Shown: positions 38,303 through 48,314, counted from the stretch's first letter. The stretch is 64,000 bases of DNA from Candidatus Babeliales bacterium (GCA_050250855.1 JBFWNW010000001.1:376279-440278), one strand, 5' to 3'. The notes: a model not told the origin generated them from the sequence alone. A program made the numbers and translations.

Positions 38303-39748
38303 ATGACTATGTCTAACCGTGTTCTTATATTTTGTGCATTAGCCGCGGCGCTGTCATTGGGTATTGTAGGTATAGTCAAAACTAAAAAAACAAAAGCTGA
38401 AAAATATGCTTTAAAGGCCGTTAAGAGTTTGAAAAATGTAGTACCACTTCTTATTAGTGGTTCTGGGGCTGCAGGAGGGTCGGCTGCTTTGTATGGATCG
38501 CGCTCTGACTTAAAAACTATTGTCATTGGGGGTGAAAAGCCAGGCGGTGCGCTGACAGAAACAAGTTATATTGAAAATTGGCCGGGAAGAGTAAAAGTAC
38601 TCGGTTCAAAATTAATGGATGATCTGCATGAACAAGCAAAATCGTTTGGTGCAGAATTTTTAAATGATACCGTTTTATCTATAGATTGTTCTGAGTGGCC
38701 ATATACGGTAAAAACTGAAGGTGGTTTGACGTTGCGTGTACTTGCGCTTATTTATGCAACCGGTTCTACGCCGCGCACACTTGGTATTCCGGGAGAAAAA
38801 GAGTTTTGGGGCAGAGGTGTTACAACCTGCGCTATTTGCGATGCTCCTTTTTGCAAAGGATATGATGTTGCCGTTGTTGGTGGTGGCGATACCGCAGCTG
38901 AAGAAGCGATGCAACTTGCTCCGTATGCAAAACATATTACTATTTTAGTAAGAGGTTCTGCTATGCGCGCTAGCGCTGCAATGCAGGAACGCTTGAAAGA
39001 GTATCCTAATATTGCTATTGCATATCATAAAGAAGTTAAAAAAATTAATGGCACTGATGGTCATGTTAGTTCAATTGACGTTTTGGATAACCAAAGTAAT
39101 ACAATGCAAACAATGCCAATACGAGGATTCTTTTTGGCAATAGGTCATGATCCCAATGTTGCTTTAGTAAAAGATTGTGTAGCGCTTGATAAAGAAGGAT
39201 ATGTTGCATTGGATAGCAGATCACAACGCACGTCAGTTCCTTTCATATATGCAGCAGGAGATGTCGCCGATAAACATTACAAGCAAGCGGGCGTTGCAGC
39301 AGGAGATGCTATAAAAGCGGCTCTGGATGCATTGGCAGATTTGCAAGAGCTTGGTTATTCAACTAAATTTGCCAAAAGTATTGAAAAGAATTTCTTTAGC
39401 CCGTCACAGGCAGAAGCAAAAGAGGTAGCATTAGTTTCTTCCGTCAGTGAATTTGAAAAGATAATGATGAGCTCAGATGCGCCAGTGATACTGGACTTTT
39501 TTGCTGAATATTGTCCAAGCTGCATGCGCATGATTCCGGTTGTAGAATCGGTTGCTTTTGAACTTGGCAACGATGCTTCTTTTTATAAAGCTGATATGGA
39601 ACAGGCGCAAGAGCTTGCTCGTACATATAATGTTGAAAGCATTCCAACTCTTTTAGTGTTCAAAAAAGGAAAATTAGTCGGCCGCTATACGGAGGCTATG
39701 AATAAAAGTCAGCTTCATGAAACGGCAAAAAAACATATTGAAAATTAA
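38303..39748 (+). CDS. trxB: Thioredoxin reductase-thioredoxin fusion with N-terminal signal/anchor
   Basis: IENWPG, ATGS, CAICD, VVGGGDTAAEEA, AAGDV; C-terminal LDFFAEYCPSC...SIPTL; AGGAG RBS before ATG 38303. Confidence 0.92.
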   Translation: MTMSNRVLIFCALAAALSLGIVGIVKTKKTKAEKYALKAVKSLKNVVPLLISGSGAAGGSAALYGSRSDLKTIVIGGEKPGGALTETSYIENWPGRVKVLGSKLMDDLHEQAKSFGAEFLNDTVLSIDCSEWPYTVKTEGGLTLRVLALIYATGSTPRTLGIPGEKEFWGRGVTTCAICDAPFCKGYDVAVVGGGDTAAEEAMQLAPYAKHITILVRGSAMRASAAMQERLKEYPNIAIAYHKEVKKINGTDGHVSSIDVLDNQSNTMQTMPIRGFFLAIGHDPNVALVKDCVALDKEGYVALDSRSQRTSVPFIYAAGDVADKHYKQAGVAAGDAIKAALDALADLQELGYSTKFAKSIEKNFFSPSQAEAKEVALVSSVSEFEKIMMSSDAPVILDFFAEYCPSCMRMIPVVESVAFELGNDASFYKADMEQAQELARTYNVESIPTLLVFKKGKLVGRYTEAMNKSQLHETAKKHIEN

Positions 39749-39769
39749 CTATTCAACGAGATATTTTGC

Positions 39770-40846
39770 ATGAAGCAACTTGGTTTACTTCTTATTATTT
39801 TAGCGTTGCATACGGTGGGCGTGAGCTTAAGCATGCAGCAGCCCAAGCCTTGGCGCAGCAAAAGCTATGGTAAAATTCTAAAAAAAGTCGGTATAGATGG
39901 GGTTAGAGAGTTCGTTAATCAAGGCTGGGATGTTAACGAAAGGGATATTGATGGCGATTCAGTTCTTACGCATGCGCTTGGTTATGCACGAACTTTTAAA
40001 TATTTGATTGAGAATGGTGCGAATATACATCAAAAGACTGATAAGCGTTATGGTCGTTATAATCATGAAGGAGAAACCTTTCTTCATCAAGCCGCTGAGT
40101 CTGCCTATTCTGATACGGTCCTCATACTTATTCAAGCAGGCGCTGATGTCAATGCGCTTACAAAGAAGGGAGAGACACCCCTTTTTTATGCTTGTAATGG
40201 CATGTATGAAGATGAAAATCATGATGAGGATAGAATTAAGACTGTGCAGCGATTGCTTGCGCATAGTGCAGACGTAAACAAAAGGCCTGATTGTGGCAGT
40301 TCTGTGCTCCATAAACTGACTGGTGAATGGGGTAGAGGGGTAAAGGTAACTGAGTTACTTCTTGCTTATGGTGCGGATGTAGGTCTGGTAGATAATAAAG
40401 GCAAAACATGTCTATCTTATGCTGTGGGTCGGGTGTATGGATTATACATGAAATATAGTTTGGCTCATAGTAATGTTGATTTAAAAAAAATGGAAGAGGA
40501 TATTGGCCGGGGCTTTTTGATCACGCTTGAAGGCGGCATGCAATCTCTTATGAATAATACAGCTTCTAAAATGCGCGCATCGTATTTTTTACGCGATACT
40601 CTTACAGAGCTTTGTTTAATACGTGAACATGGCGGCGATTCTGTTTTTGGAAAAGATTTTTTGCCGCTTGATATGTTCAAACTTATTTTGAAAGAGACAA
40701 AAGATCAAAGTCAATCAACAAAAGTTTCTTTGCGCCCATCAGCAAGGCGCATACAAGAGATTATTACTTTTTTTAAAGATGAAGGTTTTGATCAAAGAGA
40801 TCCCGGTTTTATGCAGCAGTTAGAAGAATATAAAAATAAACAATAA
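39770..40846 (+). CDS. Exported ankyrin-repeat protein with C-terminal F-box-like motif
   Basis: GETFLH, GETPLF, GADVN repeats; LPLDMFKLIL. Confidence 0.9.
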   Translation: MKQLGLLLIILALHTVGVSLSMQQPKPWRSKSYGKILKKVGIDGVREFVNQGWDVNERDIDGDSVLTHALGYARTFKYLIENGANIHQKTDKRYGRYNHEGETFLHQAAESAYSDTVLILIQAGADVNALTKKGETPLFYACNGMYEDENHDEDRIKTVQRLLAHSADVNKRPDCGSSVLHKLTGEWGRGVKVTELLLAYGADVGLVDNKGKTCLSYAVGRVYGLYMKYSLAHSNVDLKKMEEDIGRGFLITLEGGMQSLMNNTASKMRASYFLRDTLTELCLIREHGGDSVFGKDFLPLDMFKLILKETKDQSQSTKVSLRPSARRIQEIITFFKDEGFDQRDPGFMQQLEEYKNKQ

Positions 40847-40856
40847 GAGAAAGAGC

Positions 40857-41987
40857 ATGATGTATATAAAACAGCGTGGTTTACTTTTTATTTTGGCGTT
40901 GCATACGGTGGGCGTGAGCTTAAGCATGCAGCAGCAACCTTGGCCTTGCAAAAATTATTATAAAGCTCTCAAAGATGCCAGCGTAAAAACGATTGCCGAC
41001 TGGCTTAAACAGGGCTGGGACATGAAGCAAAAGGATGAAACGGGCTATTCAGTTCTTTGGCGTGTACTAAATCGCCCTGATATGATTACCTTTTTGATTG
41101 AGCAGGGTGCTGATATACACGAACGTGATCATATGGGAAAAACCTTTCTTCATGAAGCTGCTTGGCAGGGTTGTCCGGAGGTTGTTGAGCTTCTTATTGC
41201 AAACGGTATTGAGGTAAACGTACTTACTAGTAATGGAACTACGCCACTTCTTGATGCTTGTGAGCGAACGCATGCAAAGGAGGAGGGTGATACGAGATTT
41301 AAGATTGCCCAACAATTGCTTGCTCATGGTGCAGATGTAAACAAAAGGCCTAATTATGGCTATTCAGCGCTCCATAAATTGGCTTACAGTGGTTTGACAA
41401 AGGTAGCTGGGTTACTTCTTGCTCATGGTGCAGATGTGAGTTATGTACATACCAGTCAAGATTCCAGATGGCCCAGTGCAGGATCCATGCTGCGTCGTGC
41501 TCTGCAGGAAGGAAACAATGACATTGCTCATTTATATATACAGTATAGTTTTGCTCATAATAATGTTGATTTAAAAGAAATGAGAGAGGATGTTTCTTGC
41601 GGGTTTATGGATCGAAATAGAAAATTTTTTTCTGGGAATGATGTTTCTGCTTGCTCTCTGCACATGCTCAAAGAGGGCATGAAATCTCTTATGAATGGTA
41701 CAGATTGTAAATTGCATGCAACATGTTTTTTAGGCGACATGCTTACAAAGTTTTGTTTAATGCGTGAGCATTGTGAAGATTCTGTTTTTGATAAAGATTA
41801 TTTGCCGCTTGATATGTTCAAACTTATTTTGCAAGAGGTAAAAGATCAAAGTTCACTAACAGAAGTTCTTTTGCGTCCATCACGAAAGCGCATACAAGAG
41901 ATTATTACTTTTTTTAAAGATGAAGGCTTTGATCAAAGTGATCCTGATTTTATGCAGCAGTTAGAAGAATATAAAAACAAACAATAA
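40857..41987 (+). CDS. Exported ankyrin-repeat protein with C-terminal F-box-like motif
   Basis: Ankyrin motifs; LPLDMFKLIL; DPDFMQQLEEYK tail. Confidence 0.9.
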   Translation: MMYIKQRGLLFILALHTVGVSLSMQQQPWPCKNYYKALKDASVKTIADWLKQGWDMKQKDETGYSVLWRVLNRPDMITFLIEQGADIHERDHMGKTFLHEAAWQGCPEVVELLIANGIEVNVLTSNGTTPLLDACERTHAKEEGDTRFKIAQQLLAHGADVNKRPNYGYSALHKLAYSGLTKVAGLLLAHGADVSYVHTSQDSRWPSAGSMLRRALQEGNNDIAHLYIQYSFAHNNVDLKEMREDVSCGFMDRNRKFFSGNDVSACSLHMLKEGMKSLMNGTDCKLHATCFLGDMLTKFCLMREHCEDSVFDKDYLPLDMFKLILQEVKDQSSLTEVLLRPSRKRIQEIITFFKDEGFDQSDPDFMQQLEEYKNKQ

Positions 41988-41998
41988 GAGAGAGCATA

Positions 41999-43105
41999 AT
42001 GTACAGAAAACAGCGTTGGTTATTTTTTATTTTAGCGGTGCATACAGTGGCTGTGAGCTTAAGTATGCAGCATCCTTGGGATTGCAATAGCTATTATGAT
42101 GCTCTCAAAGATGCAAATGAAAAAACGATTACCGAATGGCTGGAGAATGGATGGGACATTAACCAAAAGGATAAAAGAGGCTATTCTGTTCTTCGGTCTG
42201 TAATTCGGCGTCCTGATATGCTTACATTTTTGATTGAGAAGGGTGCTGATATACATGAACGGGATGATAAGGGAGAAACCCTTCTACACAAAGCTGCTTG
42301 GCATGGCTGTCCGGAGGTTGTAGAGATTGTTATTGCAAACGGTATTGAAGTAAATGCACTTTCTCATGATGGAACTACGCCACTTCTTTGTGCTTGTGAG
42401 CGAACGCACGTAGAAAAGCAGAAGGAGGAGAGATTTAAGATTGTACAAAAATTGCTTGCGCATGGTGCAGATGTAAACAAAAGAAGTTGTTGTGGTAGAT
42501 CAGTGCTTCACGAGCTGGCTTCTAAAGATTTAGTAGATATAGCTAAATTGGTTCTTGCTTATGGTGCGGATGTAAGCCAGATAGATAATAAAGGTAAAAC
42601 CTGCCTATCTTGTGTTGCGAGGAATAACGTAAAAATGGCTCATTTATACATCAAGTATAGCTTGGCTCATAGTAACGTTGACTTAAAAAAATTGAGAGAG
42701 GATGGTTCTGGCTTTCTGCATAAATATATTGGATCGCAACCAGCGCTATCTCCCGAAAGTATTTTTTTCTGTTCTCTTCCAATGCTCAGAGAGCAAATGC
42801 AATCCGTTATGAATAATACAGATTCTAAAATGCGGGCATCGTATTTTTTATGCGATACACTTACAGAGCTTTGTTTAATACGTGAACATGGCGGCGATTC
42901 TTTTTTTGGAAAGGATTTTTTGCCGCTTGATATGTTCAAGCTTATTTTGCAAGAAGCTCGCACCATAAGTCAATCAACAGAAGTTCCATTGCGTCCATCG
43001 CTAAAGCGCATACAAGAGATTATTACTTTTTTTAAAGATGAAGGCTTTGATCAAAGTGATCCCGATTTTATGCAGCAGTTAGAAGAATATAAAAATAAAC
43101 AATAA
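41999..43105 (+). CDS. Exported ankyrin-repeat protein with C-terminal F-box-like motif
   Basis: Ankyrin motifs; LPLDMFKLIL; DPDFMQQLEEYK tail. Confidence 0.9.
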   Translation: MYRKQRWLFFILAVHTVAVSLSMQHPWDCNSYYDALKDANEKTITEWLENGWDINQKDKRGYSVLRSVIRRPDMLTFLIEKGADIHERDDKGETLLHKAAWHGCPEVVEIVIANGIEVNALSHDGTTPLLCACERTHVEKQKEERFKIVQKLLAHGADVNKRSCCGRSVLHELASKDLVDIAKLVLAYGADVSQIDNKGKTCLSCVARNNVKMAHLYIKYSLAHSNVDLKKLREDGSGFLHKYIGSQPALSPESIFFCSLPMLREQMQSVMNNTDSKMRASYFLCDTLTELCLIREHGGDSFFGKDFLPLDMFKLILQEARTISQSTEVPLRPSLKRIQEIITFFKDEGFDQSDPDFMQQLEEYKNKQ

Positions 43106-43115
43106 GAGAGAAGGC

Positions 43116-44222
43116 GTGATGTACAGAAAACGGCGTGGTTTAGTTTTTATTTTAGCGTTGCATGCGGTGAGCGCGAGCTTGGGGATGCAGCCTCCAAAAA
43201 GCTATTATGATGCTCTAAAAGATGCCAGTATAGAAACGATTGATAAGTGGCTTGAACAAGGCTGGGATATTAAGCAAAAGGATCAAAGAGGTTTTTCAGT
43301 TTTTTCGTCTGTACTAAATCGCCATGATATGGTTACCTTTTTGATTGAGAAGGGTGCTGATATACATGAACGTGATCATAGGGGAGAAACCCTTCTTCAT
43401 AGAACTGCCTGGGAGGGCTGTTCGGAGGTTGTTGAGATTCTTATTGCAAGAGGTATTCAGGTAAATGCACTTTCTCATGATGGAACTACGCCACTTCTTT
43501 GTGCTTGTGAGCGAACGCATGCTAAAGAGCAGAATGAAGAAAGATTTAAGATTGTACAAAAATTGCTTGCGCATGGTGCAGACGTAAACAAAAGGCCTAA
43601 TTATGGCAGTTCAGTGCTCTATAAACTGGCATATAGTGGTTTGATAAAGGTAGCTGAGCTACTTCTTGCTCATGGTGCAGATGTGAGTCATGTACATTCC
43701 TGTGAAGGATCCATGCTGCGTCGTGCTCTGCAGGAAGGGAACAATGACATTGCTCATTTATACATACAGTATAGTTTTGCTCATAGTAACGCTGATTTAA
43801 AAAAAATGAGAGAGGATCTTTTTTGCGAGTTTATACGTAAATATGCAAAATTTTTTTCTGAGGAGGGCGCTTCTTCTTGTGCTCTGCAAATGCTCAAAGA
43901 TGACATGAAATCTCTTATGAATAATACAGCTTCTAAAATGCGCGCATCGTATTTTTTACGCGATACGATTATAGAGCTTTGTTTAATGCGTGAGCATTGT
44001 GAAGATTCTGTTTTGAGAAAAGATTATTTGCCCCTTGATATGTTTGAGCTGATTTTGCAAGAAGCTCGCACCATAAGTCAAACAACAGAAGTTCCTTTGC
44101 GTCCATCGCCAAAGCGCATGCAAGAGATTATTCGCTTTTTTGATTCTGATGCTGAAGAGTGTCGTCAAAATAGTTCTAGTTTTATGCAGAAACTAGAAGG
44201 ATATAAAAGTAAGGAACAGTAA
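43116..44222 (+). CDS. Exported ankyrin-repeat protein with C-terminal F-box-like motif
   Basis: Ankyrin motifs; LPLDMFELIL. Confidence 0.9.
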   Translation: MMYRKRRGLVFILALHAVSASLGMQPPKSYYDALKDASIETIDKWLEQGWDIKQKDQRGFSVFSSVLNRHDMVTFLIEKGADIHERDHRGETLLHRTAWEGCSEVVEILIARGIQVNALSHDGTTPLLCACERTHAKEQNEERFKIVQKLLAHGADVNKRPNYGSSVLYKLAYSGLIKVAELLLAHGADVSHVHSCEGSMLRRALQEGNNDIAHLYIQYSFAHSNADLKKMREDLFCEFIRKYAKFFSEEGASSCALQMLKDDMKSLMNNTASKMRASYFLRDTIIELCLMREHCEDSVLRKDYLPLDMFELILQEARTISQTTEVPLRPSPKRMQEIIRFFDSDAEECRQNSSSFMQKLEGYKSKEQ

Positions 44223-45220
44223 TGCATAAGTACTATATTTTTTATTTAGCTGCAAGTCTGGTGAGCGTTAATTTTGGTATGGATGAAACGTCAGAAAAAC
44301 CAAAATCATTACTTGACGCGGCAGGGCAAGGAAGCTTGATGCACGTTCAAGAATTTTGTAACAATGGCGCTAATGTAAATCAACGAGGTAAATATGGCCA
44401 TACGCCCCTTGAAAAGGCTTTTTTGGGTAATCATCTAGATATCGCTCAATTTCTTATTGAAAATGGTGCTGATGTAAATCAAAGCGGTCAATATTTTACC
44501 CCGCTATTTCAGGCCATTCAAAAAGATAGCTTAGATGCTGTAAAATTTCTTATTGCACAGGGTGCCAATGTAAATCAACCATGTAATGACGATACAGGAC
44601 TTCGCTTGGCAGCTGGAAGAGGCTGTTTAGATATCGTTCAATTTCTTGTTGCCAAAGGAGCTGAGGTAAACCCATTACCTACTAAATATGGGAAGCAAAC
44701 GCCACTTCTTTCTGCCTTAGAAAATGGGCATCTAGAAGTTGCTGCCTATTTGCTTGCGCATGGTGCAGATATAAAGATCCCACTTGGAAAGGTAAAAGGG
44801 TTAATAGCTACTGAAAATTTAAAAAAGCTTCTACAGGAAGGTAAGTCAGCTATAGATCGTGAAAATTTTAAAAATGGGCTTAAAAATGAAGATTTGGATT
44901 ATCATAAGGATGCAATCAATTCCTTAACAAAAAATCTAAAAGAACTAGCTGAAGAGTTTATTAATAATAAATTCTTTATCCCACTTGAACAACAATCATT
45001 GCTCACCTTATGCTGTACGCGTGAGCTGTGTCAGAATTCTTTGTTTTATAAAGATTTCTTGCCGTCAGATATATTCAAGATCATTATTAAGCAGGCAGAG
45101 ATATTAGCATTATCAAATGTGCAAGCAACGGAGTTAGTGAGCTTTTTTAGGGAGATTGAGTATGAGCAAACTGATCCTGATTTTATGCAGAAGTTAGAAG
45201 AATATAAGAACAAGAGATAA
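44222..45220 (+). CDS. Exported ankyrin-repeat protein with C-terminal F-box-like motif
   Basis: GANVN/TPL repeats; LPSDIFKIII; DPDFMQKLEEYK. Confidence 0.9.
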   Translation: MHKYYIFYLAASLVSVNFGMDETSEKPKSLLDAAGQGSLMHVQEFCNNGANVNQRGKYGHTPLEKAFLGNHLDIAQFLIENGADVNQSGQYFTPLFQAIQKDSLDAVKFLIAQGANVNQPCNDDTGLRLAAGRGCLDIVQFLVAKGAEVNPLPTKYGKQTPLLSALENGHLEVAAYLLAHGADIKIPLGKVKGLIATENLKKLLQEGKSAIDRENFKNGLKNEDLDYHKDAINSLTKNLKELAEEFINNKFFIPLEQQSLLTLCCTRELCQNSLFYKDFLPSDIFKIIIKQAEILALSNVQATELVSFFREIEYEQTDPDFMQKLEEYKNKR

Positions 45221-45222
45221 CT

Positions 45223-45984
45223 ATGAAGCTCTATATTTTTTGTTTTGTCATAAGTTTGGTGAGCGTTAACTTTGGAATGGAAAGAAAACCAGGGCATTTT
45301 AGTTATGATGATTATCTTTTATTTGCAATTTCTGACGATTTAGTTAGAACTAGCAAGGTTATTCTTTTAGCGCAAAAAATTGAGCCATATGAATTAATTC
45401 AAAGTCAGTTCATAGAAAAACCATCTCATATTACTTCGATAGACAAGTTTGATATTATCAAATTATTTATTGAGAAAGGCTCTCAAGCAAGCGAAACAGG
45501 ACGCTTAGATCTCGTTAAATTTCTTATTGAAAAAGGCGCTCGAGTAAATCAATCACCTTCTAGACTTAGTCCTTTTATTATGGCTTTGGAAAAAGGTTAT
45601 TCAGATATTGCTGCATATTTACTTGTTCATGATGCAGATACAACAAGGCTTAAAGATTTAAAAGAAAATTATATAAATATTAAGCCATTGATAATAGAAA
45701 CTCTTCAAAAAGCAGTAATCAGTATTATTGTAGGTAGTTTCTTCAACAAATTAGAACAACAGTCATTGCTTGCCTTGTGCCTTATTCGTGAATATTGCGA
45801 TGATTCACCCTTTGGTAAAGATTATTTACCCCTTGATATGTTTAAAGAAATTAAAAAGCGGGCAGAGGCTTTATCGCTTTCCGTTTGGCAAACATTGGAA
45901 TTAATAAGTTTTTTTAGGGAAATTGGTTGTGAACACAGTGATCCTGATTTTATGCAGAAACTAGAGCAGTATAAAGGTTTATAA
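45223..45984 (+). CDS. Exported ankyrin-repeat protein (few repeats) with C-terminal F-box-like motif
   Basis: LVKFLIEKGARVN; LPLDMFKEI; DPDFMQKLEQYK. Confidence 0.85.
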   Translation: MKLYIFCFVISLVSVNFGMERKPGHFSYDDYLLFAISDDLVRTSKVILLAQKIEPYELIQSQFIEKPSHITSIDKFDIIKLFIEKGSQASETGRLDLVKFLIEKGARVNQSPSRLSPFIMALEKGYSDIAAYLLVHDADTTRLKDLKENYINIKPLIIETLQKAVISIIVGSFFNKLEQQSLLALCLIREYCDDSPFGKDYLPLDMFKEIKKRAEALSLSVWQTLELISFFREIGCEHSDPDFMQKLEQYKGL

Positions 45985-46111
45985 AACAAAACTACTTTAA
46001 AAAAGCTTGAAAGTTCTTTTTCTTTTTATGTACTAATATATTTTATTGCAATCTGAAATTACTATTTGGTATTGTAAGAAGTGAATACGATTAGTAAAAA
46101 GGAAAAAGGCT

Positions 46112-47215
46112 ATGCTCTTTATAAAAAAACCTTATACATACGCTCTTTTTTTGCTCTGCGCCCTATGGAGCGGAGGAGTTTTTTTATTAAGAGCAGAATC
46201 GCAGGATTCTTTTGCTCCTCATATGCCGGGGACTGAAATTCTTACCGGAACAACGCAAGATTATCTTGATAAACAAGGTAAATATTTATATGGCGCTAAG
46301 CTTGAATATGTCGTTTTTCCCTCTCAGCAGGCGCATGATTCTGATAAAATCCTTCATCGTCATGGTATTTTGTATCTGAAGCCTGATGCGCGTGGCACTA
46401 TACTCGTGTGCCACGGTTTTAGCTGTGATAAGTTTGATATAGCCTTTATTCGCCGCGTTTTATTTGCGCAATACAATGTAATGTTATTTGATTTTCGTGC
46501 CCATGGCGTTAACGTAGCGCATGATGATTGCTGTACGTTTGGTAAAGATGAAGCGCTTGATGTAATGGGTGCCGTTTCGTATATAAAGCAGCGAGCAGAT
46601 ATACAAAATCTACCCCTTATAGGGTACGGTTTTTCTATGGGAGCCGTTGCTGCTATTCAGGCACAAGCAACAGATTCTAGTTTATTTGATGCGCTTGTTC
46701 TTGATTGTCCTTATGACAAAAGTGAAAATGTTATTAAGCGAAGCTTAGAGCATCTTAACTTTACTGTTTTTGGCTATACTTTTGAAATGCCAGGAAAACA
46801 GCTTCTTGAAAAATTTGCCTTTAATACCTATGTACAATCAGTACTTAAATTTCTTCTTAAAATAGTAGCGCGTCTTGATGCCACCGCAACAAGAACGTTT
46901 ATGTATCCGCTTAGTCCTGTTGATTCTATTAAAAAAATAGATATTCCTTGTTTTTTCATTCATTGCAAACATGATGAAAAAGTTCCGGTGCAAGCAGCAA
47001 AAGCGCTTTATGCAAATGCAGGAGGCTATAAACGGCTGTGGTTAACGGATGGGCGTCGCCATTTTGATTCGATTTTTTATAATCCAGAAAAATATATTTA
47101 TAAAGTAAATAAGTTTATTGATCACGTTTTAAATCAAGAGTTAGCACAGCGAGTGCAAAGTAAAGTATATATCGATAATCGTAATAAGAGGAGAAGATAT
47201 GAAGCGTATCTTTAG
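46112..47215 (+). CDS. Alpha/beta hydrolase
   Basis: VCHGF, FDFRAHG, GFSMG nucleophile elbow, IHCKHDEKVP. Confidence 0.88.
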   Translation: MLFIKKPYTYALFLLCALWSGGVFLLRAESQDSFAPHMPGTEILTGTTQDYLDKQGKYLYGAKLEYVVFPSQQAHDSDKILHRHGILYLKPDARGTILVCHGFSCDKFDIAFIRRVLFAQYNVMLFDFRAHGVNVAHDDCCTFGKDEALDVMGAVSYIKQRADIQNLPLIGYGFSMGAVAAIQAQATDSSLFDALVLDCPYDKSENVIKRSLEHLNFTVFGYTFEMPGKQLLEKFAFNTYVQSVLKFLLKIVARLDATATRTFMYPLSPVDSIKKIDIPCFFIHCKHDEKVPVQAAKALYANAGGYKRLWLTDGRRHFDSIFYNPEKYIYKVNKFIDHVLNQELAQRVQSKVYIDNRNKRRRYEAYL

Positions 47216-47903
47216 TATGAGCATATTACTGCTCATTGGAACATCATCATTATTTGCAAAATTTTATGAACCTATGAGTGATGCACAATTTTATAAGCAA
47301 ATAGAGCGCCATCCATTTACCGTTGTTTTCTTTGTACCCTATGCAGAAAGTCCTGCTGATGAAAAAAAGCTTGATATGATGGATGATGCTTTTGAGCGTT
47401 TGAGCAGAAGAGAGCGTTACAAAAAAACCGATGTTGCTTTTATTGTTATAGATTTAGCAGAACTTTCTGGGCTTGTTGCTGATTTTATGCTCAATATAAA
47501 AGTGCCAACCATGATGCTTTTTAAAGGTGGTAAAGTTGTCAAAAAAGCAGATGGTTCTATTTTAAAGCAAGAAGGCTTTCTTGATAAAACTGAAATACAA
47601 GAACTTATTGAAGAATATTTTGGGCAAGCATTGAACGATAGAATACGCCGTATGATTGATATAGCAAAAACACGTGAACAAGAACGCCAGCGCTTAGCAC
47701 AGCAAGAAGCGCAGGCACAAGCTCAGCAGCAAGAACAAGCAACTACGCAAGTGGAATATGTAACACAGCCAGCAACAACCTATACAACGTATTCATATCC
47801 TCGCTATCGAAGATATTATGGACCACGATTTGGTGTAGGTTTAGGCTTTGGGCCATTCTGGGGCGGCGGCTGGCGAGGTAGAGGCTGGCGACGTCGTTGG
47901 TAA
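47199..47903 (+). CDS. Exported thioredoxin-fold-like protein without CxxC, with Gly/Arg/aromatic tail
   Basis: Signal peptide; VPTMMLFKGGK; tail GFGPFWGGGWRGRGWRRRW. Confidence 0.6.
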   Translation: MKRIFSMSILLLIGTSSLFAKFYEPMSDAQFYKQIERHPFTVVFFVPYAESPADEKKLDMMDDAFERLSRRERYKKTDVAFIVIDLAELSGLVADFMLNIKVPTMMLFKGGKVVKKADGSILKQEGFLDKTEIQELIEEYFGQALNDRIRRMIDIAKTREQERQRLAQQEAQAQAQQQEQATTQVEYVTQPATTYTTYSYPRYRRYYGPRFGVGLGFGPFWGGGWRGRGWRRRW

Positions 47904-47930
47904 TATAAAAATTAAAAAAGGGGCGTTGTT

Positions 47931-48314
47931 ATGAATAAAAAAATTTTTGTGCTTGGATTATTATTGGGTGTTTCATTACTCCATGCACGTTTATATATAA
48001 CAGAAGATGAATCAGAATTCTATCAACGCCTTACGTGTCCTTCATGTACTCGCGCACAATCAGTGCCCTATGAAGCATCGGTTAAAAATAATAATGGTTC
48101 AAGAACCTTAATTGCACGAATCACCGAAGATGGGCGTTGCTATAATGCATGTAGTTCTGAAGAATGTTGTTGCTGCATTGATTATCGTCACCCGCGTGGT
48201 ATGTATGGCTTTATGGGCTATCCATATGGTTATTGGCCAGCATTTGGTCAAGGCTTTGGTTTTGGTGGTTACCGAAGACCGGGGTCAGATTTCGGCTTTA
48301 ATTGGGGCTGGTAA
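47931..48314 (+). CDS. Small exported Cys-rich protein with Gly/aromatic tail
   Basis: Leader MNKKIFVLGLLLGVSLLHA; CPSC..CYNAC..CCCC. Confidence 0.65.
   Translation: MNKKIFVLGLLLGVSLLHARLYITEDESEFYQRLTCPSCTRAQSVPYEASVKNNNGSRTLIARITEDGRCYNACSSEECCCCIDYRHPRGMYGFMGYPYGYWPAFGQGFGFGGYRRPGSDFGFNWGW

Noticed and set aside
39770..45984. Diversity-generating retroelement acting on repeated 3' ends
   Set aside because: No reverse transcriptase in the window, and differences between copies are not adenine-specific
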